Of a stretch of DNA of 46,392 nt, positions 8,467-18,154 are shown in pieces. Position 1 is the first letter of the stretch; each line of letters starts with the position of its first letter. Under the pieces are notes generated by a model that was given only the letters and a program-made list of their open reading frames with translations, was not told where the DNA came from and made no database searches. The translations under genes were made by a program, and so were the position numbers. Source of the DNA: Flavobacterium sp. (lineage in GTDB: Bacteria > Bacteroidota > Bacteroidia > Flavobacteriales > Flavobacteriaceae). The stretch spans positions 1 through 46,392 of the forward strand of contig JBIIFA010000001.1 in assembly GCA_044237565.1 (NCBI GenBank), in the 5' to 3' direction.

Positions 8467-9356
8467 TGTTGATAAGTCCGAGTTTTAAAGAAAATATAAC
8501 TTTTAAAAACTAAATTCACTTACCAATTCTATTCGTAGTACCTTTATAAAAATAAAAAAAAATGGAAGAATTTGTAACTATTGCAACTTTTAATTTTCCT
8601 TACGAAATTATTATATTAAAATCTATTTTACAGAATGAAGGAATTGCTTTTTTATTTCTCAATGAAACGTTGGTTTCTGTTAATCCATTAGCAAGTTACG
8701 CTTACGGTGGGATTGAGTTAAAAATTCATCCAAATGATTTTGAAGTAGTACAAAAAATATTAGATGAATTAAATAATCATTTAAATATCGTTTAAATTAT
8801 TTTTAAAGTTTTAATTTCTTAAATGTTATCAACAGATATATAATACAACAAAAAGAAAATTAAATTTAAAATTATTTTTTAATGGTTATTATAGCGTGTT
8901 AATAGCTACAATAAATTTATTTTTTTAGGTGTTGTTTTCAAGTTATATTTATTTACAAGAAGTTATAAACATACTTATTTTTATCTAATAAGTTCTAAAA
9001 TAAGACTTTCTAAATTTTAATTAACAATGGTTAATAATCTTTATAGTCTACCTTTTGTAAATAAGTTTAAAGTTAAAAATTGTTAATAAAACTCAATTTT
9101 ATAGTTATAACTTTTATAAAAATTCATCAAACTAAATTAGTTTTATTCAATCCAATTTTTGATTACGAATTAATACAATACAACCTAAAAATAGTTATAA
9201 AATTCTATATAAAGTTATGAACAGTAATTGTTAAATTAAGGTTAACTGATTATCATATAGTTAGGAAGCGTTGTTAACATTACGTTATTTTAACAATTTT
9301 ATTACATTAAAAACAACGGAAAAAAGGGAATTAATTGATTTTCAACCTGTTTATAA
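8467..9356. other. Candidate replication origin (oriC)
   Basis: Very AT-rich, eight TTATnnACA boxes on both strands, IHF-like TATCATatagTTA at 9251, and gene orientation diverges here. Confidence 0.55.
8562..8795 (+). CDS. DUF2007 / putative signal-transducing small protein
   Basis: 77 aa; pattern 'KSILQNEGI..F..NE...YAYGGIELKIHPNDFE' resembles DUF2007. Confidence 0.75.
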   Translation: MEEFVTIATFNFPYEIIILKSILQNEGIAFLFLNETLVSVNPLASYAYGGIELKIHPNDFEVVQKILDELNNHLNIV

Positions 9357-9405
9357 TTTATGTAATTAAAAAATATTAGGAATGTAATTATCATTATTCT
9401 TTTGA

Positions 9406-9413
9406 TAAATTTG
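9406..9413 (+). promoter_or_regulatory. -7 promoter element (TAAATTTG) for rpiB-tex
   Basis: TAnnTTTG 26 bp upstream of the rpiB ATG. Confidence 0.6.
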
Positions 9414-9439
9414 TATCGAAAACACAACACCTTATAACT

Positions 9440-9868
9440 ATGAAAATTTCTATCGGAAACGACCACGCGGGACCAGAATATAAAAAGGCAATTGTTGAAA
9501 TGCTCAAGGCAAATGGTTATAAAGTTACCAATTACGGAACCGATTCGGCAGATAGTGTAGATTATCCTGATTTTGGACATCCTGTTGCGTTAGATGTTGC
9601 ATCTAAAAAAGCAGATTTTGGAATTATTATTTGCGGAAGTGGAAATGGAATTGCAATGTCGGCCAATAAGCATCAAGGAATTCGAGCTGCTTTGTGTTGG
9701 ATGAAAGAAATTGCAGTTTTAGCACGACAACATAATGACGCTAATATTATTAGTATTCCAGCTCGTTATACTTCTATTCCGCAAGCTGTAGAAATGGTTC
9801 AAACTTTCCTGAAAACTGATTTTGAAGGCGGAAGACATCAAAATAGAGTGGACAAAATAAGCTGTTAA
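9440..9868 (+). CDS. rpiB: Ribose-5-phosphate isomerase B
   Basis: GNDHAG, SVDYPD, CGSGNG, ARQHNDAN and FEGGRH motifs. Confidence 0.96.
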   Translation: MKISIGNDHAGPEYKKAIVEMLKANGYKVTNYGTDSADSVDYPDFGHPVALDVASKKADFGIIICGSGNGIAMSANKHQGIRAALCWMKEIAVLARQHNDANIISIPARYTSIPQAVEMVQTFLKTDFEGGRHQNRVDKISC

Positions 9869-9936
9869 TTAATTACATTTTATCAAATCCTTTTTAATTC
9901 AGTTATTATACTGATGGAATACTATTTTATATAATT

Positions 9937-12102
9937 ATGACCAATATAGAATTCATTTCAAAATTTGTTGCTACTTCGGCAATAAACATTCAAAAAACCA
10001 TTCAATTGTTGCAGGAAGATTGCACGATTCCCTTTATTTCTAGGTATCGAAAAGATCAAACTGGAAATTTAGACGAGGTTTTTATAGAAAATATAGCCAA
10101 GTTTCAGAAGGAATTTGAGATGATTGTAAAGCGAAAAGATGCAATTTTAAAGTCGATTGAAGAGCAAAAAATGCTTTCGACAGAATTAAAGCAAAAAATC
10201 CAACAGAGTTTTGATTTGCAAGAGTTGGAAGATTTTTATTTACCTTATAAAAAGAAGAAAAAAACTAAAGCGGATGTGGCGCGAGAAAATGGATTGGAGC
10301 CTTTGGCAAAAATAATAATGACGCAAAACAATGACGATGTTGATTTTATCGCTACACAATATTTAAATAAAAATGTCATCAATGAAGACGACGCTTTACA
10401 AGGAGCAAGAGACATTATTGCTGAATGGATTAACGAAAATATTTATGTTCGGAAACAATTGCGAAGATTATACCAAAGAAAAGCAACGATTACGACCAAG
10501 GTTTCTAAATCTAAAAAAGACGACGAAGCTGCCCAAAAATTTAATCAGTATTTTGATTGGTCAGAAAAATTAACCAAAGCGCCATCACACCGATTATTAG
10601 CCATGCTTCGAGCTGAAAATGAAGGATTTGTAAAGTTAAAAGTAGAAGTTGATTCAGAAAATTCGGGGGGAGAAGCTTTAGAAATTATCGATGAATTAAT
10701 CATAAAAAGGAACAACGATACAACGCCACATTTGCAATTAGCGATTGAAGATAGTTTTAAAAGATTGTTGAATCCAGCGATTTCAAACGAGACTTTACAA
10801 GAAGCAAAAGCGAAGGCTGATGCCAATTCTATTCAGGTTTTTGCCAATAATTTAAGTCAATTATTATTGGCGCCGCCTTTGGGAGAAAAGCGAATTTTAG
10901 CTATTGATCCTGGATTTCGAAGTGGTTGCAAAATTGTTTGCTTGGACGAAAAAGGCGATTTATTGTACAACGAAACCATTTATCCTCATGCACCTCAAAA
11001 AGAAGAGGTAATGGCAATGAAAAAAATCCGTTCAATAGTAAATTCCTATAAAATCGACGCTATTTCTATTGGAAATGGAACTGCTTCAAGAGAAACAGAA
11101 TTTTTTATAAAGAAAATTGCGTTTGACACTCGAGCCGCAGGCGAACAGGGCGAAGCCAAACCTGTTCAAGTTTTCATAGTTTCTGAAGCTGGCGCATCGG
11201 TTTATTCGGCTTCAAAAATTGCGAGAGAAGAATTTCCAAATTATGATGTTACGGTGCGAGGTTCTGTTTCTATTGGAAGGCGTCTTTCGGATCCGTTAGC
11301 AGAATTGGTAAAAATTGATCCAAAAGCCATTGGTGTAGGTCAATACCAACACGATGTTGACCAGTCAAAATTAAAAGAAGAACTGGATACAACTGTGATT
11401 CGTTGTGTGAATTCGGTGGGGGTAAATATTAACACAGCTTCGAAACATCTGTTGAGTTATGTGAGTGGAATTGGGGAGAAATTGGCTGAAAACATCGTGC
11501 AGTATCGATCAGAAAATGGTCCGTTTCAAGACCGAAAACAATTGAAAAAAGTACCGAGATTAGGAGAAAAAGCATACCAACAAGGTGCTGCATTTATTAG
11601 GATTTCGAATGCTAAAAACCCTTTGGATAATTCGGCTGTGCATCCTGAAGCCTACGGAATTGTCGAAAAAATGGCTAAAGATTTGAAATTGACGGTGCAC
11701 GATTTGATTGCCAATAAAGAAAAAACAGCTTTAATAAAACCTGAAAATTATATTACTTCCGAAATTGGATTATTGGGATTAAAAGACATTATAAAAGAGC
11801 TTGAAAAACCAGGTTTAGACCCCCGAAAATCGGCAAAAGTTTTTGAATTTGATGCGAATGTAAAATCTATAAAAGACTTAAGAACAGGAATGATTTTGCC
11901 TGGAATTGTGAATAACATTACCAACTTTGGTTGCTTTGTGGACGTTGGAATTAAGGAAAGTGGCTTGGTACACATTTCGCAACTCAAAGCAGGTTTTGTA
12001 AGTGACGTGAACGAAGTAGTAAAATTACACCAACACGTTCAAGTGAAAGTTACGGAAGTTGATGAAGACAGAAAACGGATTCAATTGACGATGGTTATAT
12101 AA
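9937..12102 (+). CDS. tex: Tex family RNA-binding transcriptional accessory protein
   Basis: TIPFISRYRKD, AIDPGFRSGCK, EAGASVYSAS and IGVGQYQHDV motifs, C-terminal S1 domain. Confidence 0.95.
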   Translation: MTNIEFISKFVATSAINIQKTIQLLQEDCTIPFISRYRKDQTGNLDEVFIENIAKFQKEFEMIVKRKDAILKSIEEQKMLSTELKQKIQQSFDLQELEDFYLPYKKKKKTKADVARENGLEPLAKIIMTQNNDDVDFIATQYLNKNVINEDDALQGARDIIAEWINENIYVRKQLRRLYQRKATITTKVSKSKKDDEAAQKFNQYFDWSEKLTKAPSHRLLAMLRAENEGFVKLKVEVDSENSGGEALEIIDELIIKRNNDTTPHLQLAIEDSFKRLLNPAISNETLQEAKAKADANSIQVFANNLSQLLLAPPLGEKRILAIDPGFRSGCKIVCLDEKGDLLYNETIYPHAPQKEEVMAMKKIRSIVNSYKIDAISIGNGTASRETEFFIKKIAFDTRAAGEQGEAKPVQVFIVSEAGASVYSASKIAREEFPNYDVTVRGSVSIGRRLSDPLAELVKIDPKAIGVGQYQHDVDQSKLKEELDTTVIRCVNSVGVNINTASKHLLSYVSGIGEKLAENIVQYRSENGPFQDRKQLKKVPRLGEKAYQQGAAFIRISNAKNPLDNSAVHPEAYGIVEKMAKDLKLTVHDLIANKEKTALIKPENYITSEIGLLGLKDIIKELEKPGLDPRKSAKVFEFDANVKSIKDLRTGMILPGIVNNITNFGCFVDVGIKESGLVHISQLKAGFVSDVNEVVKLHQHVQVKVTEVDEDRKRIQLTMVI

Positions 12103-12139
12103 AAAAAAAGGCTTTTCATATTTGAAAAGCCTTTTTTTT
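12101..12139. terminator. Bidirectional intrinsic terminator between tex and tatA
   Basis: A9-GGCTTTTCA-TATT-TGAAAAGCC-T8. Confidence 0.9.
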
Positions 12140-12311
12140 ATTTCGTTTCGTCTTCTTTTTTGTCAGCCGGTTGATTTTCTTTAGCTGCATTTTTGAATTC
12201 TTTAATTCCAGTTCCTAACCCTTTCATTAATTCTGGAATTTTTCTACCTCCAAACATTAACAAAATTACAGCAACGATTAAAATTATCTCTGTTGGTCCT
12301 AATCTTCCCAT
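12138..12311 (-). CDS. tatA: Twin-arginine translocase TatA/E subunit (57 aa)
   Basis: Below the ORF-track cutoff. Manual translation: [57 protein letters not shown]. Confidence 0.95.
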   Translation of the reverse strand: MGRLGPTEIILIVAVILLMFGGRKIPELMKGLGTGIKEFKNAAKENQPADKKEDETK

Positions 12312-12356
12312 GATACACTATTTTTTGCTTTCGCAAATTAATATTAAATTCTCTCA

Positions 12357-12364
12357 CAAAGATA
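12357..12364 (-). promoter_or_regulatory. -7 promoter element (TATCTTTG) for tatA
   Basis: TAnnTTTG 45 bp upstream of the ATG. Confidence 0.55.
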
Positions 12365-12496
12365 ATTAGAAAAGTTGGTATTTCATTTCACTCATTAATA
12401 AATATTTATGATTTGGTGCGCAACTTATAAATTCCTAAATAATTAAAATTTAACATTATCATAAATACACAAAGCCTGAGATGCAACTTTTATCAT

Positions 12497-12504
12497 TATA
12501 TTTG
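12497..12504 (+). promoter_or_regulatory. -7 promoter element (TATATTTG)
   Basis: 19 bp upstream of the 12524 ATG. Confidence 0.6.
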
Positions 12505-12523
12505 TGATAATAATTAATAAAAA

Positions 12524-13024
12524 ATGCCTGAAAAATCTCAAAAAAGACAAATTCTAAAGAAAAAATTATTTACAAAAAACCGATTGGTTATTTTAAATGA
12601 AGATACTTTTGAAGAAATTTTTTCCCTACGATTAACATTAATGAATGTTTTTGTCGTGGCATCAATCGGTACAATTTTAATCATCACTTTCACTACTTAT
12701 GTTATTGCTTTTACACCCTTACGGGAATATATTCCGGGCTATGCATCAACAAAATTAAGACAAGAAGCAACAGAATTGGCTTTAAAATCAGATTCTTTGG
12801 CACTGGCATTAAAGAAAAATGATGCGTATTTGAAATCGGTTGTGAAGGTCCTAAATGGCGATTTGGAATATGAAAAAATCAATAAAGATTCTATTATGTC
12901 TTCTGATAATGTGGCGAACTCCATTGAAGATGATGCGCCTTCAAAAGCAGAATTACAATTGAGAGAACAGGTTTTGCAAGAAGAAAAAATGCTTTCAAAA
13001 GATAAGAAAAAGTCAAAAAAATAG
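12524..13024 (+). CDS. Membrane-anchored protein resembling the N-terminal half of Bacteroidota M23 peptidases, without the catalytic domain
   Basis: RLVILNEDTFEE..TM..TPLREYIPGY followed by a coiled region. The protein contains no histidine, so no HxxxD/HxH motif. Confidence 0.65.
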   Translation: MPEKSQKRQILKKKLFTKNRLVILNEDTFEEIFSLRLTLMNVFVVASIGTILIITFTTYVIAFTPLREYIPGYASTKLRQEATELALKSDSLALALKKNDAYLKSVVKVLNGDLEYEKINKDSIMSSDNVANSIEDDAPSKAELQLREQVLQEEKMLSKDKKKSKK

Positions 13025-13028
13025 AAAA

Positions 13029-14516
13029 ATGTCTTTAAAATCTTACTTGGCTAAAAATTTTGCGAAAAGCATTTATAGAAAAACTCAAATTTGGTCAAAT
13101 AATCCTATACAAACCCAGCAAAACGTTTTTAAAGAGTTGATTCGTCAAGCGAAAAACACGCAATTTGGAACCGATCACCAATTTGATTCCATAAAAACAT
13201 TCGAAGATTTCTCTAAAAATGTTCCCATTCGCGATTACGAAGCTTTAAAAATATATATTGATAAAGTCGTTCAAGGCGAGGAAAATGTCCTTTGGAAAGG
13301 CAAACCGTTGTATTTTGCAAAAACATCAGGAACAACATCGGGTGCAAAATACATTCCGTTAACAAAGGAATCAATGCCGTTTCACATTGAAGCCGCTCGA
13401 AACGCAATTCTACATTATATTCACGAAACAGGCAACGCTGATTTTGCAAACGGAAAAATGATATTTCTGCAAGGAAGCCCCATTTTAGAAGAAAAAAACG
13501 GAATTCAGTTGGGAAGATTATCAGGAATTGTAGCGCATTTTGTTCCAAAATATTTACAAAAAAACCGAATGCCCACTTTTGAAACCAATTGCATAGAAGA
13601 TTGGGAAACCAAAGTTGACGCCATTGTTGAAGAAACGTTCAATGAAGACATGACGGTAATTTCGGGGATTCCGTCTTGGGTGCAAATGTATTTTGAAAAA
13701 CTACAACAAAAAGCAGAACAACCAGTTGGCGAACTCTTTAAAAACTTTAATTTATTCATTTACGGCGGTGTTAATTTTGAGCCCTATCGCGCAAAATTTG
13801 AAAATTTAATAGGTAGAAAAGTAGATTCAATAGAATTATTTCCAGCTTCGGAAGGTTTTTTCGCGTATCAAGATTCGCAGAAAGAAAAAGGAATGTTGTT
13901 GCTTTTGAATGCAGGAATTTTCTACGAATTTATAAAATCGGAAGAGTTTTATACCGAAAATCCCAAACGATATACGATTGGCGAAGTCGAATTGAATGTA
14001 AATTATGTTTTGATAATTTCAACAAATGCGGGACTTTGGGGCTATAATATTGGTGATACCGTACAATTTACTTCATTAAAACCATATCGTGTGATTGTTT
14101 CCGGACGCATCAAGCATTATATTTCTGCTTTTGGGGAACACGTGATTGGAAAAGAAGTGGAATGTGCGATGAAAGAAGCAATGGAAAATACATTGATTCA
14201 AATAAACGAATTTACTGTAGCGCCTCAAATTACGCCGCTTGATGGTTTGCCGTACCACGAATGGTTCATAGAATTTGAAAACGAACCGGAAAACGTAGTA
14301 GCATTTGCGGAAGCGATAGATAGTGCAATGAGAACCCAAAACGCGTATTATGACGATTTGATTGTGGGGAAAGTTTTACAGAAATTAGTCATCACAAAAG
14401 TGCCCAAAAACGGCTTCCAGGAGTATATGAAATCGATTGGTAAATTAGGTGGACAAAACAAAATTCCAAGGCTGAGTAATGATAGAACGATTGCGGATTT
14501 ATTAAAAAGAGAATAG
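13029..14516 (+). CDS. GH3 family acyl-adenylate/amido synthetase
   Basis: KTSGTTSGAKYIP, PASEGFF, YNIGDTV and GGQNKIPRL motifs. Confidence 0.92.
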   Translation: MSLKSYLAKNFAKSIYRKTQIWSNNPIQTQQNVFKELIRQAKNTQFGTDHQFDSIKTFEDFSKNVPIRDYEALKIYIDKVVQGEENVLWKGKPLYFAKTSGTTSGAKYIPLTKESMPFHIEAARNAILHYIHETGNADFANGKMIFLQGSPILEEKNGIQLGRLSGIVAHFVPKYLQKNRMPTFETNCIEDWETKVDAIVEETFNEDMTVISGIPSWVQMYFEKLQQKAEQPVGELFKNFNLFIYGGVNFEPYRAKFENLIGRKVDSIELFPASEGFFAYQDSQKEKGMLLLLNAGIFYEFIKSEEFYTENPKRYTIGEVELNVNYVLIISTNAGLWGYNIGDTVQFTSLKPYRVIVSGRIKHYISAFGEHVIGKEVECAMKEAMENTLIQINEFTVAPQITPLDGLPYHEWFIEFENEPENVVAFAEAIDSAMRTQNAYYDDLIVGKVLQKLVITKVPKNGFQEYMKSIGKLGGQNKIPRLSNDRTIADLLKRE

Positions 14517-14523
14517 AGAAAAG

Positions 14524-15399
14524 ATGCAAGAAAATAGACTTTGGTTGTTGTTGTTTTTAATGAGTTTTTATGTTTCCGCACAAACCAAAGGCGTTGTTGT
14601 TGATGAATCTGGAAAGCCCATTCCGTATGTGAATATTTGGGTTGAAAACGAGAATATTGGAACGACTTCGGAGGAAAATGGGGAGTTTTTAATTACTGCT
14701 TCCGCAAATAAAAACCTAATATTTTCTATTTTAGGATTTGAAAAAAGAATCATAAAAGCGACCGATGTTTCCAATGTAAAATTAAAAGCAATTTCATTTC
14801 AATTAGACGAAGTGGTAATTGCAAGACGATTTGAAACTAGAAAAATAGAAATTGGACAAATAAACAATTCGCCTTTTGAAGCATTTGATAATGGACCAAG
14901 AATAGACGCGAAATTTTTTCCTTATAATGCTTCTTATAACAGAACCAGATTCATCAAGAAAGTCAGCATTTTAACTGACAGTAGAATTGACAACGCAACG
15001 GTTAAAATCCATTTTTATAAAGCGGATTCCAACGGTTTTCCTGGCGATGAACTTCTTACAAAGGATTTTATTGTAACCCTTCAAAAAGGGGTTGTTAGAA
15101 ATGGTTTTGATTTGACAGATTTGAATTTAAAAATGCCAAAAACAGGAATTTTTATAGGATTCGAAAAATTGATAATAGCCAAAAACAAACTTGAAAAAAC
15201 CATCGTAAATTCAAATACAGGGAAAACGACAATTCAAATACTATATTATCCATTTGTGTTGTACAATTATGTAGAAAGGGATTTTTTATACACTTTTTCA
15301 GTTGGAAAATGGAGTCGTCAAACGAATGAAAAAACTATAGGTTCTTCAGATAAAATTAAAATGTATGAACCAGCGATAAATTTGGTTTTAACCAATTAA
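14524..15399 (+). CDS. CarboxypepD_reg-like domain secreted protein
   Basis: Signal peptide, then GVVVDESGKPIPYVNI...GTTSEENGEF...LDEVVI. Confidence 0.85.
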   Translation: MQENRLWLLLFLMSFYVSAQTKGVVVDESGKPIPYVNIWVENENIGTTSEENGEFLITASANKNLIFSILGFEKRIIKATDVSNVKLKAISFQLDEVVIARRFETRKIEIGQINNSPFEAFDNGPRIDAKFFPYNASYNRTRFIKKVSILTDSRIDNATVKIHFYKADSNGFPGDELLTKDFIVTLQKGVVRNGFDLTDLNLKMPKTGIFIGFEKLIIAKNKLEKTIVNSNTGKTTIQILYYPFVLYNYVERDFLYTFSVGKWSRQTNEKTIGSSDKIKMYEPAINLVLTN

Positions 15400-15412
15400 A
15401 ATATAAAAACAG

Positions 15413-15420
15413 TATATTTG
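15413..15420 (+). promoter_or_regulatory. -7 promoter element (TATATTTG)
   Basis: 22 bp upstream of the 15443 ATG; may drive transcription into the wzz-rml genes. Confidence 0.6.
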
Positions 15421-15442
15421 TGGGTTATAAAATAAAAACCAA

Positions 15443-17122
15443 ATGAAAGAAATCAAAAACATAGTGCGATCAAGAGCACAAGAATCCTCAAGTGCCGTAG
15501 AAAAATTATACATCACAATGCGCCATTTGTTTAATAGGGGATTCTATAAACCTATGGGGGTTTCTGGTGATACTTTGCGTGAAGCATTATTGTTATTACG
15601 CCCAGAAATCTACGGTACAATTGCTGAAGATAAAGTAGAATTAAACGGACTTTTATATGTAATAGAAAGGCTTCCTATTGGAATTGAAGAATGCAGATTC
15701 ATCAATTTAACTTCTGACGAAGGCTATTCAAAATCCCATTTTCAAGCGATTATTCCACCTAAAAGAAGAAGAAATTGTTATCGAATTGATGACGAACAAA
15801 TGAATGTTGAAATTACCCGTGGTCGATCTGACATATATGATATTTTGACTCATTTGACTTTTATTTTCGTTGAATCACATAAAATAAAAAACCGTGTTTT
15901 AATTGACGAAAGCGGAGAAGTTTCTCGCGATTGGCAAAAATTAGAACAAGCTGTTTTATCCAATAAAAAATTGATTTTAGTTGATAAAGAAAAAGCTATT
16001 TCTCATGCGGCTAATATTCTAGGAAGAACATTTGCTGAGGTTTTAGATATTTATGATGCTTTTGGAACCAAAGAAAAGCCAGACCGGTTTTTACATATTA
16101 TTTACTGGCTAGGAAAATTAGCCATCGAAGAAGTGGTTGACAATAACAAAAGAACCATTACTTTTAGTCCAATTTTGAGAGAAAGATTAGGGCATCATAT
16201 TCATGGAGAAATTTGGGCAACCAACATCAAAGAAGTGCTTAAAGCAAATGATTTGTTAGACAGACCAATTCACATTATTAGCGCGAATATGCATTCTGTG
16301 ATGAATTCTATATTTGCAACCCACGTTTTGAAAACGAAATTCAAGGACAAATCTGATTTCTTTATTTTTGAAGAATTGAGCAAATCTGGTGCTGATGAGG
16401 TTCGAAATAAAGTAGAAGATTTTGCAAAACTACACGGAATGATTTCGCTTCCCGATACTTCAGGAACCAACATTGATGTTCAAATATTTGATACCTCGAA
16501 AATTGATTGGAATAAAACAGGATTTCAAAAAGCTAAATTAGGCAATAAAAAACCTGTTATTATCGTTATGGACTATGCTTTTGGCGAACAAGCATATGAA
16601 ACCATCGATGAATTGCTAAAACCCTACAAAAAAGACATCCTTTTGAATGTAGAATCGGTTTCAATAATGGGAAAAGCGGGAATTCTTCAAGGGGGAAAAG
16701 GCGACATTATGATTCCTTCAGCACATATAAATGAAGGAACTGGGGATAATTATTTCTTTCATAATGAATTAACAGCCGAAATGCTTGAAGGAAATGACAT
16801 TGCTGTTTTTGCCGGACCAATGATTACGGTTTTGGGAACATCGTTGCAAAACAAAGATTTGCTGAAGTTTTTCCACGAATCTACTTGGGGCGTAATTGGA
16901 TTGGAAATGGAAGGCGCTTATTATCAAAAAGCAATTCAATCGGCATCAAAAATTAGAAAAAGCATCAATACAGATGTGAAAGTTAGATATGCTTATTATG
17001 CCTCAGATAATCCATTAGAAACGGGGAGTACATTGGCTTCAGGCGGATTAGGAACAACTGGCGTAAAACCAACGTATTTAATTACAATTAAAATATTAGA
17101 ACAAATTTTTAACATAAAATAG
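15443..17122 (+). CDS. Conserved Bacteroidota protein (DUF6909-like) with nucleoside-phosphorylase-like C-terminus
   Basis: IMGKAG..GGKGDIMIP and GLEMEG resemble PNP/UDP phosphorylase motifs. Family name is from recall. Confidence 0.65.
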   Translation: MKEIKNIVRSRAQESSSAVEKLYITMRHLFNRGFYKPMGVSGDTLREALLLLRPEIYGTIAEDKVELNGLLYVIERLPIGIEECRFINLTSDEGYSKSHFQAIIPPKRRRNCYRIDDEQMNVEITRGRSDIYDILTHLTFIFVESHKIKNRVLIDESGEVSRDWQKLEQAVLSNKKLILVDKEKAISHAANILGRTFAEVLDIYDAFGTKEKPDRFLHIIYWLGKLAIEEVVDNNKRTITFSPILRERLGHHIHGEIWATNIKEVLKANDLLDRPIHIISANMHSVMNSIFATHVLKTKFKDKSDFFIFEELSKSGADEVRNKVEDFAKLHGMISLPDTSGTNIDVQIFDTSKIDWNKTGFQKAKLGNKKPVIIVMDYAFGEQAYETIDELLKPYKKDILLNVESVSIMGKAGILQGGKGDIMIPSAHINEGTGDNYFFHNELTAEMLEGNDIAVFAGPMITVLGTSLQNKDLLKFFHESTWGVIGLEMEGAYYQKAIQSASKIRKSINTDVKVRYAYYASDNPLETGSTLASGGLGTTGVKPTYLITIKILEQIFNIK

Positions 17123-17131
17123 ATTTAGATT

Positions 17132-18139
17132 ATGAGTCAAAACATAAATAATTCAGACAATCAAGAGATTGACTTGTCAATGATATCAAATAAGATTAAA
17201 GATTTTTTTGATGGAGTAGCATCCTCAATTTTTAGAAACATTTTGTTTTTTAAAGCCAATTTGGTGCGAATAAGTATTTTAGCGGCCATTGGAATAGGGG
17301 CCGGGGTTTATCTTGATGAGACCAATAAGTCATACAACTCGGAAATTATTGTCACGCCAAATATCGGTGGAACGGACTACCTTTATTTAAAAATAGATTT
17401 TCTTTCTGCTAAACTAATAGAAAAAGATACAATTTTTTTTAAGAACCTCGGGATAAAAAACCTTTCCTATATAAAAACCATTAAAATTGAACCCATTATA
17501 GATATTTATAGTTTTGTAAACAATTCTACTTCTGCCGCTAACGCAGAAAACACTCAAAACTTTGAATTGGTTAAGTTACTTGCAGAAGATGGCAGTTTAA
17601 AGGATGTTATTAAAGACAAGCTTACCAGTAAAAATTATCCAAATCATAAAATTCAAATAGCAACGTCTGAAATAATCAGCAAAGAAGGATTAATAAATCC
17701 GATAATGAAATTTTTAAACACAGATGAATATTACAATAAGATTCTTAAAATATCAATTGAAAGCGTTAAAATAAAAATGAAAAAAGACGAGCAAGAAATT
17801 GTTCAAATCGATTCGATATTAAGATTTATGACTTATAATTTGGGGAAAAACAAAAACCAGAATTTGATTTATAATAATGAAAACAATCAAATTAATCCTC
17901 TATTTGATTTGAAAAACAGTTTGATAAACGATATTGCGGGCCATAAAATCAATCTTGAAAATTTGAAACTTTTCATTAGAGACACAAGCACAATTACTAA
18001 TGTTTTAAACACAAAATTACTCAATAATAAATTAAAATTTTTTCTACCGCTTTTTTTAATTTTTGGATTTATTTTCATCAATTTATTCCTAAAATTCTAT
18101 AAAAAACAATCCCTAAAAGCGTTACAAAACAAGGCATAA
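17132..18139 (+). CDS. Wzz-like polysaccharide co-polymerase
   Basis: N-terminal EIDL motif, two TM helices flanking a periplasmic coiled region, directly upstream of rmlA. Confidence 0.65.
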   Translation: MSQNINNSDNQEIDLSMISNKIKDFFDGVASSIFRNILFFKANLVRISILAAIGIGAGVYLDETNKSYNSEIIVTPNIGGTDYLYLKIDFLSAKLIEKDTIFFKNLGIKNLSYIKTIKIEPIIDIYSFVNNSTSAANAENTQNFELVKLLAEDGSLKDVIKDKLTSKNYPNHKIQIATSEIISKEGLINPIMKFLNTDEYYNKILKISIESVKIKMKKDEQEIVQIDSILRFMTYNLGKNKNQNLIYNNENNQINPLFDLKNSLINDIAGHKINLENLKLFIRDTSTITNVLNTKLLNNKLKFFLPLFLIFGFIFINLFLKFYKKQSLKALQNKA

Positions 18140-18154
18140 TTAAAGTATTAAATA

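Noticed and set aside
9302-9580. 92-aa minus-strand ORF
   Set aside because: Antisense to rpiB and runs into AT-rich non-coding DNA.
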